Shown here: in pieces, positions 35,725-49,759 of the stretch
How positions within the stretch are numbered: position 1 is the first letter of the stretch
Layout: every line of letters begins with the position of its first letter
NCBI RefSeq assembly: GCF_963921235.1
Contig: NC_086097.1
Span: forward strand, 256,000,001 to 256,064,000
Direction: 5' to 3'
Length of the DNA stretch: 64,000 nt
Origin: Mobula hypostoma
Lineage: Eukaryota
Translations under genes and position numbers: made by a program
Notes under the pieces: generated by a model
Database searches by the model: none
Told to the model about the DNA's origin: nothing
What the model saw: only the letters and a program-made list of their open reading frames with translations

Positions 35725-37727
35725 CGTATGGATTAAGTTAGATCAGCTCGAAGAGTTTAAAAGGAGACAGTTTTTCTTCAGCGGTTTGGTCGAGGGACGA
35801 CTGCGCAAGTGCATGGACGTTAGCGAGTTAGACCAGCGCGAAGAGTTTAAAAGGAGACAGCTTTATAGAGCGGGCATACAAGGAGCGGGCGACGGAGTAC
35901 AGGGAATCAGCATAGGAGGGCTTTGTCTCAACGGGGCTTCAGCGATAATGGGTCAAGGCCAGGTAGCTTGTCTGTGAAGAATAGAAATGGGAAGTATGTG
36001 CGTGAGGCTGGTGTTCTGTACTGGGTGTCAGATGTGGGAAGTCCGGGAGACTCCCAGCCTCCCGGACGGCCACATCTGCACCAAGTGTGCCGAGCTGCAG
36101 TTCCTTACGGGCTGGGTTAGGGAACTGGAGATGCAGCTCGATGACTTTCGTCTGGTCAGGGAAAGTGAGGAGGTGATAGAGAGGAGCCAGACGAAAGTAG
36201 TCACATAGGGGTCTTGGGAGACAGAAAAGTGGGTAACAGTCAGGAGAGGGAAGGGTAAGAGTCAGAGTACCCCTGTGGCTGTTCCCCTTAATAATAAGTA
36301 CTCCTGTTTGAGTACTGTTGGGGGTGACGGCTTACCTGGCGGAAGCAACAGTGGTCGTGCCTCTGGCACAGAGTCTGGCCCTGTGCCTCAGAAGGGTAGG
36401 GCAAGGAAGAAGGCAGTAGTAATAGGGTCTCTATAGTTAAGGGGTCAGGCAGGCGATTCTGTGGACACAGGAAAGAAACACGAATGGTAGTTTGCCTCCC
36501 TGGTGCCAGGGTCTGGGATGTTTCTGATTGCGTACACAATATCCTGAAGTGGGAAGGAGAACAGCCAGAGGTCGTGGTACATATTGGTACCAACGACATG
36601 GGCAGGAAAAGGGAGGAGGTCCTGAAAACAGACTACAGGGAGTTAGGAAGGAAGTTGAGAAGCAGGACCTCAAAGGTAGTAATCTCGGAATTACTGCCTG
36701 TGCCACATGACAGTGAGTAGAGGAATAGAGTGAGGTGGAGGATAAATGCGTGGCTGAGGGATTGGAGCAGGGGCAGGGATTCAGATTTCTGGATCATTGG
36801 GACCTCTTTTGGGGCAGGAGTGACCTGTACAAAAAGAACAGGTTGCACTTGAATCCGAGGGGTGCCAATATCCTGGCAGGGAGGTTTGCTAAGGCGAATG
36901 GGGGGAGCTTAAACTAGAATCGCTGGGGTGGGGTTTGGAACTGAACTGAAGAGATAGAGAAAGGCTGGCTCACAAATAGAGAAAGCATGGTGACAGTGCG
37001 AGAGGGAGCATAGGCATGTGATAGAGAAAGGATCCGCTCAGACTGATATTTGAGATGTGTCTATTTTAATGCAAGAAGCATCATAAACAAAGTGGATGAG
37101 CTTAGAGTGTGGATCAGTACTTAGAGCTATGATGTTGTGACCACTACAGAGACTTGGATGACTCAGGGACAGGAATGATTACTTAGACTGCCAGGCTTTA
37201 GATGTTTCAGAAAGGACAGGGAAGGAGGCAAAAGAGATGGGGGAATGGCACTGCTGATCAGAGATAGTGTCACGGCTGCAGAAAAGGAGGAAGTCAAGGA
37301 GGGATTGTCTCCTGAGTCTTTGTGGGTGGAAGATAGGAACAAGAAGGGGTCAATAACTCCACTAGGTGTTTTTTCTGGTATTAGGAAAGGAACCTGGTCA
37401 GGTGTCAGATCTCTCAGAGAAAGAGCATTATGGAGATAGTGATCTCCTTTATCATAGTATTGGAGAGAGATAGGAACAGACAAGTTATGAAAGCATTTAA
37501 TTGGAGTTAGGGGAAATACGAAACTATCAGGCAGGAACTTGGAAGCATTAATTTGGAACAGATGTTCTCAGGTAAATGTACAGCAGAAATGTGACAAATG
37601 TTCAGGGATTATTTGTTTGGAGTTCTGCATAGGTACGTTCCAATGAGGCAGGGAAAGGATGGTACGGTACAGGAACCGTGGTGTACAAAGGCAGTTGTAA
37701 ATCTAGTCAAGAAGAAAAGAAAAGCTT
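35725..37727 (+). mobile_element. CR1 5' half (5' UTR, ORF1, decayed APE)
   Basis: CTGCQMW..HICTKC zinc finger, CLPGARV and HIGTND, followed by NARSI/ETW remnants. Confidence 0.87.
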
Positions 37728-39931
37728 ATAGAACACAGAACATAGAATAGTACAGCACATTACAGGCCCTTCGGACCACAATGTTGTGCCGGCCCTCAAA
37801 CCTTGCCTCCCATATTTCCCCCCCCCACCTTAAATTCCTCCATATACCTGTCTAGTAGTCTCTTAAACTTCACTAGTGTATCTGCCTCCACCACTGACTC
37901 AGGCAGTGCATTCCACGCACCAACCACTCTCTGAGTAAAAAACCTTCCTCTAATATCCCCCTTGAACTTCACACCCCTTACCTTAAAGCCATGTCCTCTT
38001 GTATTGAGCAGTGGTGCCCTGGGGAAGAGGCGCTGGCTATCCACTCTATCTATTCCTCTTATTATCTTGTACACCTCTATCAGGTCTCCTCTCATCCTCC
38101 TCCTCTCCAAAGAGTAAAGCCCTAGCTCCCTTAATCTCTCATCATAATCCATACTCTCTAAACCAGGCAGCATCCTGGTAAATCTCCTCTGTACTCTTTC
38201 CAATGCTTCCACATCCTTCCTACAGTGAGGCGACCAGAACTGGACACAGTACTCCAAGTGTGGCCTAACCAGAGTTTTGTAGAGCTTCATCTTTACATCG
38301 TGACTCTCAAACTCTATCCCTCGACTTATGAAAGCTAACACCCCATAAGCTTTCTTAACTACCCTATCTACCTGTGAGGCAACTTTCAGGGATCTGTGGA
38401 CATGTACTCCCAGATCCCTCTGCTCCTCCACACTACCAAGTATCCTGCCATTTACTTTGTACTCTGCCTTGGAGTTTGTCCTTCCAAAGTGTACCACCTC
38501 ACACTTCTCCGGGTTGAACTCCATCTACCACTTCTCAGCCCACTTCTGCATCCTATCTCTCTGCAATCTTCGACAATCCTCTACGCTATCTACAACACCA
38601 CCAACCTTTGGGTCGTCTGCAAACTTGCCAACCCACCCTTCTACCCCCACATCCAAGTCATTAATAAAAATCACAAAAAGTAGAGGTCCCAGAACAGATC
38701 CTTGTGGGACACCACTAGTCACAATCCTCCAATCTGAATGTACTCCTTCCACCACGACCCTCTGCCTTCTGCAGGCAAGCCAATTCTGAATCCACCTGGC
38801 CAAACTTCCCTGGATCCCATACCTTCAGACTTTCTGAATAAGCCTATCGTTTGGAACCTTGTCAAATGCCTTACTAAAATCCATATAGATCACATCCACT
38901 GCACTACCCTCAACTATATGCCTGGTCACCTCCTCAAAGAACTCTATCAGGCTTGTTAGACACGATCTGCCCTTCACAAAGCCATGCTGACTGTCCCTGA
39001 TCAGACCAGGATTCTCTAAATGCCCATAGATTCTATCTCTAAGAATCTTTTCCAACAGCTTTCCCACCACAGACGTAAGACTCACTGGTCTATAATTACC
39101 CGGACTATCCCTACTACCTTTTTTGAACAAGGGGACAACATTCGCCACCCTCCAATCCTCCGGTACCATTCCCGTGGACAACGAGGACATAAAGATCCTA
39201 GCCAGAGGCTCAGCAATCTCTTCCCTCGCCTCATGGAGCAGCCTGGGGAATATTCCGTCAGGCCCCGGGGACTTATCCGTCCTAATGTATTTTAGCAACT
39301 CCAACACCTCCTCTCCCTTAATATCAACATGCTCCAGAACATCAACCTCACTCATATTGTCCTCACCATCATCAAGTTCCCTCTCATTGGTGAATACTGA
39401 AGAGACATATTCATTGAGGACCTCGCTCACTTCCACAGCCTCCAGGCACATCTTCCCACCTTTATCTCTAATCCGTCCTACCTTCACTCCTGTCATCCTT
39501 TTTTCTTCACATAATTGAAGGATGCCTTGGGGTTTTCCTTTACCCTACTCGCCAAGGCCTTCTCATGCCCCCTTCTTGCTCTTCTCAGCCCCTTCTTAAG
39601 CTTTCTTGCTTCCCTATATTCTTCAATAGACCCATCTGATCCTTTCTTCCTAAACCTCATGTATGCTGCCTTCTTCCACCCCACTAGATTTTCCACCTCA
39701 CTTGTCACCCATGATTCCTTCACCCTACCATTCTTTATCTTCCTCACTGGGACAAATTTATCTCTCACATCCTGCAAGAGATCTTTAAACATCGACCACA
39801 TGTCCATAGTACATTTCCCTGCAAAAACATCATCCCAATTCACACCCGCAAGTCCTAGCCTTATAGCCTCGTAATTTGCCCTCCCCCAATTAAAAATTTT
39901 CCTGTCCTCTCTGATTCTATCCTTTTCCATT
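37728..39931 (-). mobile_element. CR1 subfamily C, 5'-truncated ORF2
   Basis: ORFs 39493-39930, 38825-39496, 38525-38803 (FADD) and 37796-38524; microsatellite tail at 37728. Confidence 0.93.
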
Positions 39932-40379
39932 ATTAAAAATACAGTGACTAAATTTAAAATAATGTCTGAGTTATTTAGAGGAACACCTCTGTTACAACTG
40001 AATTAAAAACAAACAACTTTAAAATGGGGAAGATGTTGTTTTTCAGTTTGGATGTCCATGCAGAGATATTTCTGTGCCTCACACCAGATGGTAGACGTTT
40101 GAACAGATGAATACTTGGGTGGGAAGAATACATCATGATTTTGCGAGCCCACCACAGGCATTGATGGGTTCCATATCTGGTAGCTGTGTCCCAATGTTCT
40201 GTGCAGTCCTGATCACTGACTGACGTGCTTTCTGGTCAAACCTGTTGCAGCTAGTGTACCATTCTGTCATGCCAAGTAGGTCAGTAAGCTCGCAATTAAA
40301 CATTAATAAAGGTTTACCAGCAGGTTTGTTTTCTTTAAACTCCTAAGGTAGTATTAGTGTTGCTGAACCTTCCCTAATA

Positions 40380-41600
40380 TCAAGGAGGTGTTGGTGGTCC
40401 AAGAGAGCTCCTAGGTGATATTCATTCTCACCAACTTAAAGCTGGAAACCCTTTCCACTGGTCCACTGTTTGACTAGTGGAGCGTGCTCATACCTTCTTG
40501 ATTTCCTGAAGTTGTTAATCATTTGGTTTTTTTTACGTTGAGTGGAAGGTTATGGTTACTGCACCATTCAGACAATTTCTTCACCTCCTCTCTGTATGCT
40601 GTTTCATTTTTATTTGTGATTAGTCCAATCTCTGTGGTTTTGTCTGCAAATGTGATGCTGGAGTTGGTGGATAGGCAGGGGCACGGTCATGGATGAAAAG
40701 AGTGTAAACGGGTGGGCTCAGTACACATCCCTGCGGTGCACCTGTGTTCAGGGTCAGGGAGGTGGATGTGTACTTGCCTTGTCTGACTGTCTGGGTGCAA
40801 ATGGAAAAGTCCAGAATCCAGTTGCAAATTGATGTATTGAGTCCCAGATTGGGTAGTTGAACAGTACACCTGTTGGAGACTATGGTGTTGAAGGCAGAAA
40901 TGCAGTTGATAAAAAGAATTCAGGCATAGGTGTCCTTATGCTCCAGGTGTTCCAGTGTGATGTGGACAGCAATGGAGATAGCATCCTTGGTTGATCTGTT
41001 TGCCATGTAGGCAAACTAGGTCTGATCCAGAGTAGCAGGAATTGCCTTCTTAATGTGGGACATAACCAGTCTCTCCAGGTACTGGTGGACTATGGGGGTG
41101 AGTGCAACCGGTGTGTAGAGTTGAGCATTGCTACTGCTGATTGCTTTGGGATTGGTGTGATGGTTGATGTTTTGAAGCATGCAACGAGCACAGCAAGGGA
41201 TAGAGAGAGGTTATATATTTCAGTAAAAACCTCTGTCAACTGGTCAGCACAGTCCTTGTGGACACGCCCGGATATGCCATCTGGTCCAGCAGCTGTGTGT
41301 GTGTTGATACTGCAGAGAGTACGTCTCACCTCGTGTGTGTTCAGTTTCAGTGCTGTGTCCTCCTCAGGTGTCAATGCCTTCATCACTGGTCCGTTATTGT
41401 CCCTGTCAAACCGAGCAAAGAAGTTGTTTAGCTTCTTGGCTGATGTGGCATCGCTGTTTGCAGGGCAGGAGATCTTTCCTTCAGAGCCAGTGATGGATCT
41501 GATGCCTTCCCACACACGTTGGGGGCTGGTGCATTATTGAAGTGTTCTTTATCTGTTGTTTGTATTTGTACTTGGCAGGTTTAATGCCTCTTTTAAGGTT
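40380..41600 (-). mobile_element. Old Rex1/Babar-type LINE RT fragment
   Basis: MWEGIRSIT...LNNFFARF...AAGPDGISGRV..CADQL..VFT.IYNLSL..FKTSTI.PIPK; downstream GAPQG-like and FAD remnants. Confidence 0.85.
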
Positions 41601-43777
41601 TAGACCATAAGATGTAGGAGCAGAATTGGACCACTTGGTCCATCGAGTCTGCTCCACCATTTCATCATGGCTGATCCGTTTTCCCTTTCAGCCCCAATCT
41701 TCTGCCTTCTCCCCATATCCCTTTATGCCCTGACGAATCAAGACTCTATCAACTTCTGCCTTAAATACACATAAAGACTTGGCCTCCACAGCTGCCTGTG
41801 GCAAAGAATTCTCATTTGCATTCTAAAAGGACGCTTCTCTTTTCTGAGGCTGTGTCCTTTGTTCTTAGACTCTCCTACTATAGAAAACATACTCTCCACA
41901 ACAACTCAATCAAGGCCTTTCACCATTCGATAAGTTTCAACGAGGTCACCCGTCATTCTTCTGAATTCTAGTGAATACAGCCCAGAGCTGCTGGCATACA
42001 CTTTGATAAGTGTATTCATATGACAAACAATCAATCCTGGAATCATTTTTGTGAACTTCTTTTGAGCCTTTCCAGTTTCAGAACATCCTTTCGAAGATAA
42101 GGGGCCCAAAATGGCTCACAATACTCCAAGTGAGGTCTCACCAGTGCTTTATAACGTCGCAACATTACATCCTTGCTTTTATATTCTAGTCCCTCTTGAA
42201 ATGAATGCTAATATTGCACTTGCCTTCCTAACCACAGACTCAACCTGGAAATTAACCTTTAGAGAATCCTGCACATGGACTCCCAAGTCCCTTTGTGATG
42301 ATAGTAAGTAAAACTTTCCCAAAAACACATTCAAACTGCCTCTTCCCCCCCACCTCCACACACAGATGTTGGTCATAGTTCTGTGATGGTATTGGATTGC
42401 TGTCTGCAAACTTCTAAACTCAAAAGGTGACTTTAATCCCTATACCATAGAGATATCTATGGGTATCCTCAATATACGGAGGTTATACTGTATTCACCCA
42501 CTCTTCAAAGACTAGCTTGCTTCCCTGTCTAGTCTCTGTGGTGATGCTTGAATGGCAAATTCCCCACCCTTTTATGAAGGCGGAGATCCATCTGGCTAAC
42601 AAAGTAGTTTAAAGAGCTATGTTATTTTTAATGATACATGTTTAAATTTGGATGAATAATTCTTAACACACATTTAACATACACAGGGGATTTCTAATTT
42701 ATAAAAGATTTCAGAATTACAAAATATTTACAAACTACAATAGATTTCCAAACACAGGTACAACTAGAAACATAGAAACATATAAAAACTACAGCACAAT
42801 ACAGGCCCTTCGGCCCACAAAGTTGTGCCTAACATGTCCCTAACTTAGAAATTACTAGGTTTACCCATACCCCTGTATTTTTCTAAGCTCCATATACCTA
42901 TCCAAAATTCTCTTAAAAGACCCTATCATATCTGCCTCCACCACCGTTGCCAGCAGCCCATTCCACGCACTCACCACTCTCTGCCTTACAGCCTCATAAT
43001 TTGCCCTTCCCCAGTCAAAAATTTTCCTGTCCTCTCTGATTCTATCCTTTTCCATGATAATGCTAAAGGCCAGGGAGCGGTGGTCACTGTCCCCCAGATG
43101 CTCACCCACTGAGAGATCTGTGACCTGACCCGGTTCATTACCTAGTACTAGATCTAGTATGGCATTCCCCTTAGTTGGCCTGTCCATATACTGTGACAGG
43201 AATCCGTCCTGGACACACTTAACAAACTCGACCTGCCCTTGACAAAGCCATGCTGACTATTCCTAATCATATCATACCTCTCCAAATGTTCATAAATCCT
43301 GCCTCTCAGGATCTTCTCCATCAACTTACCAACCACTGAAGTAAGACTAACTGGTCTATAATTTCCTGGGCTATCTCTACTTCCTTTCTTAAATAAGGGA
43401 ACAACATCCACAACCCTCCCATCCTCCAGAACTTCTCCCATCCCCATTGATGATGCAAAGATCATCGCCAGAAGCTCAGCAATCTCCTCCCTCGCCTCCC
43501 ACAGTAGCCTGAGGTACATCTCATCCGGTCCCGGCGACTTATGCAACTTGATGCTTTCCAAAAGCTCCAGCATATCCTCTTTCTTAATATCTACATACTC
43601 AAGCTTTTCAGTTCGCTGCAAGTCATCACTGCAATCACCAAGTTCCTTTTCCGTAGTGAATACTAAAGTAAAGTATTCATTAAGTACCTCTATTATTTCC
43701 TCCGGTTCCAAACACACTTTCCCACTGTCACACTTGATAGGTCCTATTCTTTCACGTTTTATCCTCTTGCTCTTCAC
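41600..43777 (-). mobile_element. Minus-strand CR1 fragments (41600-42297, 42765-43777; continues 46897-47911)
   Basis: CR1 3' UTRs and RT/APE motifs. 42300-42765 is non-repetitive. Confidence 0.8.
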
Positions 43778-46700
43778 ATTAAATAGGCTAGGCGTGAGGA
43801 GGTTAGTTCACAACAGGGGGATGGGAACAAGTGCAGAGAGACAGAGGGGTGTAAAGTGAGGGTAGAAGCAAAAAGTACTAAGGAGAAAAGGAAAAGTGGC
43901 AGGCCGACAAATCCAGGGCAAGCATTAAAAAGGGCCACTTTTCAACATAATTGTATAAGGGCTAAGAGAGTTGTAAAAGAGCGCCTGAAGGCTTTGTGTG
44001 TCAATGCAAGGAGCATTCGTAATAAGGTGGATGAATTGAAAGTGCAGATTGTTATTAACGATTATGATATAGTTGGGATCACAGAGACATGGCTCCAGGG
44101 TGACCAAGGATATTCAATATTCAGGAGGGATAGACATGAAGGAAGGGGAAGTGGGGTGGCGTTGCTGGTTAAAGAAGAGATTAACGCAATAGAAAGGAAG
44201 GACATAAGCCGGGAAGATGTGGAATCGATATGGGTAGAGCTGCGTAACACTAAGGGGCAGAAGACGCTGGTGGGAGTTGTGTACAGGCCACCTAACAGTA
44301 GTAGTGAGATCGGAGATGGTACTAAACAGGAAATTAGAAATGTGTGCAATAAAGGAACAGCAGTTATAATGGGTGACTTCAATCTACATGTAGATTGGGT
44401 GAACCAAATTGGTAAAGGTGCTGAGGAAGAGGATTTCTTGGAATGTATGCGGGATGGTTTTTTGAACCAACATGTCGAGGAACCAACGAGAGAGCAGGCT
44501 ATTCTGGACTGGGTATTGAGCAATGAGGAAGGGTTAATTAGCAATCTTGTCGTGAGAGGCCCCTTGGGTAAGAGAGACCATAATATGGTGGAATTCTTCA
44601 TTAAGATGGAGAGTGACATAGTTAATTCAGAAACAAAGGTTCTGAACTTAAAGAGGGGTAACTTTGAAGGTATGAGACGTGAATTAGCTAAGATAGACTG
44701 GCAAATGACACTTAAAGGATTGACGGTGGATATGCAATGGCAAGCATTTAAAGGTTGCATGGATGAACTACAACAATTGTTCATCCCAGTTTGGCAAAAG
44801 AATAAATCAAGGAAGGTAGTGCACCCGTGGCTGACAAGAGAAATTAGGGATAGTATCAATTCCAAAGAAGAAGCATACAAATTAGCCAGAGAAAGTGGCT
44901 CACCTGAGGACTGGGAGAAATTCAGAGTTCAGCAGAGGAGGACAAAGGGCTTAATTAGGAAGGGGAAAAAAGATTATGAGAGAAAACTGGCAGGGAACAT
45001 CAAAACGGACCGTAAAAGTTTTTATAGATATGTAAAAAGGAAAAGACTGGTAAAGACAAATGTAGGTCCCCTGCAGACAGAAACAGGTGAATTGATTATG
45101 GGGAGCAAGGACATGGCAGACCAATTGAATAATTACTTTGGTTCTGTCTTCACTAAGGAGGACATAAATAATCTTCCAGAAATAGTAGGGGACAGAGGGT
45201 CCAGTGAGATGGAGGAACTGAGCGAAATACATGTTAGTAGGGAAGTGGTGTTAGGCAAATTGAAGGGATTGAAGGCAGATAAATCCTCAGGGCCAGATGG
45301 TCTGCATCCTAGAGTGCTTAAGGAAGTAGCCCAAGAAATAGTGGATGCATTAGTGATAATTTTTCAAAACTCGTTAGATTCTGGACTAGTTCCTGAGGAT
45401 TGGAGGGTGGCTAATGTAACCCCACTTTTTAAAAAAGGAGGGAGAGAGAAACCGGGGAATTATAGACCGGTAGCCTAACGTCGGTGGTGGGGAAACTGCT
45501 GGAGTCAGTTATCAAGGATGTGATAACAGCACATTTGGAAAGCGGTGAAATGATCGGACAAAGACAGCATGGATTTGTGAAAGGAAAATCATGTCTGACG
45601 AATCTCATAGAATTTTTTGAGGATGTAACTAGTAGAGTGGATAGGGGAGAACCAGTGGATGTGGTATATTTGGATTTTCAAAAGGTTTTTGACAAGGTCC
45701 CACACAGGAGATTAGTGTGCAAACTTAAAGCACACGGTATTGGGAGTAAGGTATTGGTGTGGGTGGAGAATTGGTTAGCAGACAGGAAGCAAAGTGTGGG
45801 AATAAATGGGACCTTTTCAGAATGGCAGGCGGTGACTAGTGGGGTACCACAAGGCTCAGTGCTGGGACCCCAGTTGTTTACAATATATATTAATGACTTG
45901 GATGAGGGAATTAAATGCAGCATCTCCAAGTTTGCGGATGACACGAAGCTGGGTGGCAGTGTTAGCTGTGAGGAGGATGCTAAGAGGATGCAGAGTGACT
46001 TGGATAGGTTGGGTGAGTGGGCAAATTCATGGCAGATGCAATTTAATGTGGATAAATGTGAAGTTATCCACTTTGGTGGCAAAAATAGGAAAACAGATTA
46101 TTATCTGAATGGTGGCCGATTAGGAAAAGGGGAGGTGCAACGAGACCTGGGTGAAAGGGTAGGTGCAACGAGACCTGGGTGTCATTATACACCAGTCATT
46201 GAAAGTGGGCATGCAGGTACAGCAGGCGGTGAAAAAGGCGAATGGTATGCTGGCATTTATAGCGAGAGGATTCGAGTACACGAGCAGGGAGGTACTACTG
46301 CAGTTGTACAAGGCCTTGGTGAGACCACACCTGGAGTATTGTGTGCAGTTTTGGTCCCCTAATCTGAGGAAAGACATCCTTGCCATAGAGGGAGTACAAA
46401 GAAGGTTCACCAGATTGATTCCTGGGTTGGCAGGACTTTCATATGAAGAAAGACTGGATGAACTGGGCTTGTACTCGTTGGAATTTAGAAGATTGAGGGG
46501 GGATCTGATTGAAACGTATAAGATCCTAAAGGGATTAGACAGGCTAGATGCAGGAAGATTGTTCCCGATGTTGGGGAAGTCCAGAACGAGGGGCCACAGT
46601 TTGAGGATAGAGGGGAAGCCTTTTAGGACCGAGATTAGGAAAAACTTCTTCACACAGAGAGTGGTGAATCTGTGGAATTCTCTGCCACAGGAAACAGTTG

Positions 46701-46896
46701 AGGCCAGTTCATTGGCTATATTTAAGAGGGAGTTAGATATGGCCCTTGTGGCTACGGGGATCAGGGGGTATGGAGGGAAGGCTGGGGCGGGGTTCTGAGT
46801 TGGATGATCAGCCATGATCATAATAAATGGCGGTGCAGGCTCGAAGGGCCAAATGGCCTACTCCTGCACCTATTTTCTATGTTTCTACGTTTCTAT
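43778..46896 (+). mobile_element. Young CR1 subfamily B, ORF2-length, disabled
   Basis: ORFs 43856-45478, 45484-46362 and 46163-46798. Near-identical to 58679-61786 apart from a 21-nt deletion near 44110, a 1-nt deletion near 45471 and a 28-nt duplication near 46126-46181. Confidence 0.95.
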
Positions 46897-47911
46897 ACTT
46901 GTCGAATGCCTTGGGGTTTCCTTAATCCTGCACGCCAAGGCCTTCTCATGGCCCTTTCTGGCTCTCCTAATTTCCTTCTTAAGCTCCTTCCTGTTAGCCT
47001 TATAATCTTCTAGATCTCTAACATTACCTAGTTCTCTAAAGTTTTTGTAAACTTCTCTTTTCTTCTTGACTAGATTTGCTACTGCCTTTGTACACCATGG
47101 TTCCTGTACCCTACCGTAACTTCCCTGCCTCATTGGAATGTACCTATGCAGAACTCCACACAAATATCCCCTGAATATTTGCCACATTTCTTCCGTACCT
47201 TGCCTTGAGAACATCTGTTCCCAATTTAAGCTTCCAAGTTCTTACCTGATAGCCTCATAATTCCCCTTACTCCATTTAAACGCTTTTCTAACTTGCCTCT
47301 TCCTATCTCTCTCCAATGCTATTGTAAAGGAGATAGAATTGTGATCACCATCTCCAAAATGCTCTCCCATTGAGAGATCTGACACCTGACCAGGTTCATT
47401 TCACAATACCAAATCAAGTACAGTCTCTCCTCTTGTAGGCTTATCTACATATTGTGTCAAGAAACCTTCCTGAACAAACTCCACCCCATCTAAACCCCTT
47501 GCTCTAGGGAGATGCCAATTGATATTTGGGAAATTAAAATCTCCCACCACGACAACTCTGTTATTCTTACACCTTTCCAGGATCTGTTTCCCTATCTGCT
47601 CCCCGATAACCCTGTTACTATTGGGCGGCCTGTAAAAAACACCCAGTAAAATTACTGACCCTTTCCTGTTCCTAACTTCCACCCACAGGGACACTGTAGA
47701 CAATCTCTTCATGACGTCCACCTTTTCTGCAGCCGTGACACTATCTCTGATCAACAGTACCATGCCCCCACCTCTTTTTCCTCCCTCCCTGGTCCTTCTG
47801 AAACATTTAAAACCCAGCACTTGAAGTAACCATTCCTGTCCTTGAGCCATCCAAGTCTCTGTAATGGCTCCAAGTACGGTTCCACGCTCTAAGCTCATCC
47901 GCTTTGTTCAC

Positions 47912-48358
47912 AAAGACTGGATCGACTAGGCTTATACTCATTGGAATTTAGAGGATTGAGGGGGGATCTTATTGAAACATATCAAATCCTAAAGGGATTG
48001 GACAGGCTAGATGCAGGAAGATTGTTCCCGATGTTGGGTAAGTCCAGAACGAGGGGTCACAGTTTGAGAGTAAAGGGGAAGCCTTGTAGGACCGAGATGA
48101 GGAAAAACGTCTTCACACAGAGAGTGGCGAATCTGTGGAATTCTCTGCCACAGGAAACAGTTGAGGCCAGTTCATTGGCTATATTTAAGAGGGAGTTAGA
48201 TATGGCCCTTGTGGCTAAAGGGATCAGGGGGTATGGAGGGAAGGCTGGTACAGGGTTCTGAGTTGGATGATCAGCCACGATCATACCGAATGGCGGTGCA
48301 AGCTCGAAGGGATGAATGGCCTACTCCTGCACCTGTTTTCTATGTTTCTATGTTTCTA
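47912..48358 (+). mobile_element. CR1 subfamily B 3' end
   Basis: ...GYGGKAGTGF* followed by a (tttctatg)n tail. Confidence 0.92.
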
Positions 48359-48359
48359 C

Positions 48360-49570
48360 AATACTCCTTGCGTTAAAATAGACACATCTCAAACCTTTGG
48401 TCTGAGCACGTCCCTTCTCTATCACCTGCCTATCCTCCCTCCCACACTGTCTCCAAGCTTTCTTTATTTGTGAGCCAACCGCCTCTTTCCCCAGTCTCCT
48501 CAGTTCGGTTCCCACACCCCCCAACAATTCTAGTTTAAACTCTCCCCAGTAGCCTTAGCAAATCTCTCCACCAGGATATTGGTCCCCCTGGGATTTCAGT
48601 GCAACCCGTCCTTTTTGTACAGGTCACACCTGCCCCAGAAGAGGTCCCAATGATCCAGAAATCTGAATCCCTGCCCCCTGCTCCAATCCCTCAGCCACGC
48701 ATTTATCCTCCACCTCATTCTATTCCTTTTCTCACTGTCACATGGCAGGCAGTAATCCCCAGATTACCACCTTTGCGGTCCTGCTTCTCAACTTCCTTCC
48801 TAACTCCCTGTAGTCTGTTTTCAGGACCTCTTCCTTTTTCCTACCTATGACATTGGTACCAATATGTACCATGACCTCTGGCTGTTCTTCCTCCCACTGC
48901 AGGATATTGTGGACGCGATCTGAAACATCCCTGACCCTGGCACCTGCCTTTCTCTTCCTTTCCCTACTCTTCTGAGCTACAGGGTCGGACTCTGTGCCGG
49001 AGGCACGGCCACTGTCGCTTTTCCCGGGTAGGCTGTCCCCCACAACAGTACTCAAACAGGAGTACTTATTGTTCAGGGGGGACAGCCACAGGGGTACTCT
49101 CTAGTACCTGACTCTTCCCCTTCCCTCTCCTGACTGTTACCCACTTGTCTGTCTCCCATGGCCCCGGTGTGACCACCTGCCTATAACTCCTTTCTATCAC
49201 CTCCTCACTCTCCCTGATCTGATGAAGGACATTGAGCTGCATCTCCAGTTCCCTAACTCGGTCCCTTAGGAGCTGCAGCTCGACACACCATGCGCAGATA
49301 TGGCCGTCCGGGAGGCTGGGAGAATCCAGGACTTCCCACATCTGACACCGAGCACAGAACACCGGCCTCACATACATATTTCCTTTCTGCAATTAACACA
49401 GGTAAACCTACCTCGCCTCGTCCCGTTACCGCCTAAGCCCATTGAGCTAAAGCCCTATCACTCTGCTACCCCCTCACCCCACTGCCCACTCCGAATGCTG
49501 CCCGCTAGATATGTCGGTCTTCTTTTTAAACTTTTCCCGCTCTACTGGCTGACTTCACATGCCTGCGTGA
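48360..49570 (-). mobile_element. CR1 5' UTR and ORF1
   Basis: FCARCQMW..HICAWC zinc finger, zipper, and HIGTN esterase block. Confidence 0.88.
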
Positions 49571-49705
49571 TCAACACGTTTATGTGAGAAGATAAAAAAA
49601 CGATGAAAAAAGTAACTTCAGAACTGCCAAATAAATATTTTTTTCTAAAGTCTAAATCAATTCAGCATTTGGAAGCATAAAAATCTCTACTTTGAGACTA
49701 CTCAC

Positions 49706-49759
49706 TGTGACAATCTTAATTTGACATCTGATACATTGTACTGCCCCTGAAATGGATGG
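49706..49759 (-). CDS. AVL9: AVL9 54-nt coding exon (HPFQGQYNVSDVKLRLSH)
   Basis: tttttttctcttgcag|CCATCCATTT...TTGTCACA|gtgagt. Phase 2-2; CA plus T of the next exon gives His. Resembles AVL9 HPFQGQYSVSDMKLRFSH. Confidence 0.94.

Noticed and set aside
40003..40194. 63-aa minus-strand ORF as an extra AVL9 exon
   Set aside because: No convincing splice sites or similarity, and the flanking exons already join in frame with no gap.
42441..42466. Short imperfect palindrome (ccatagagatatctatgg)
   Set aside because: Short, imperfect and isolated; compatible with chance.
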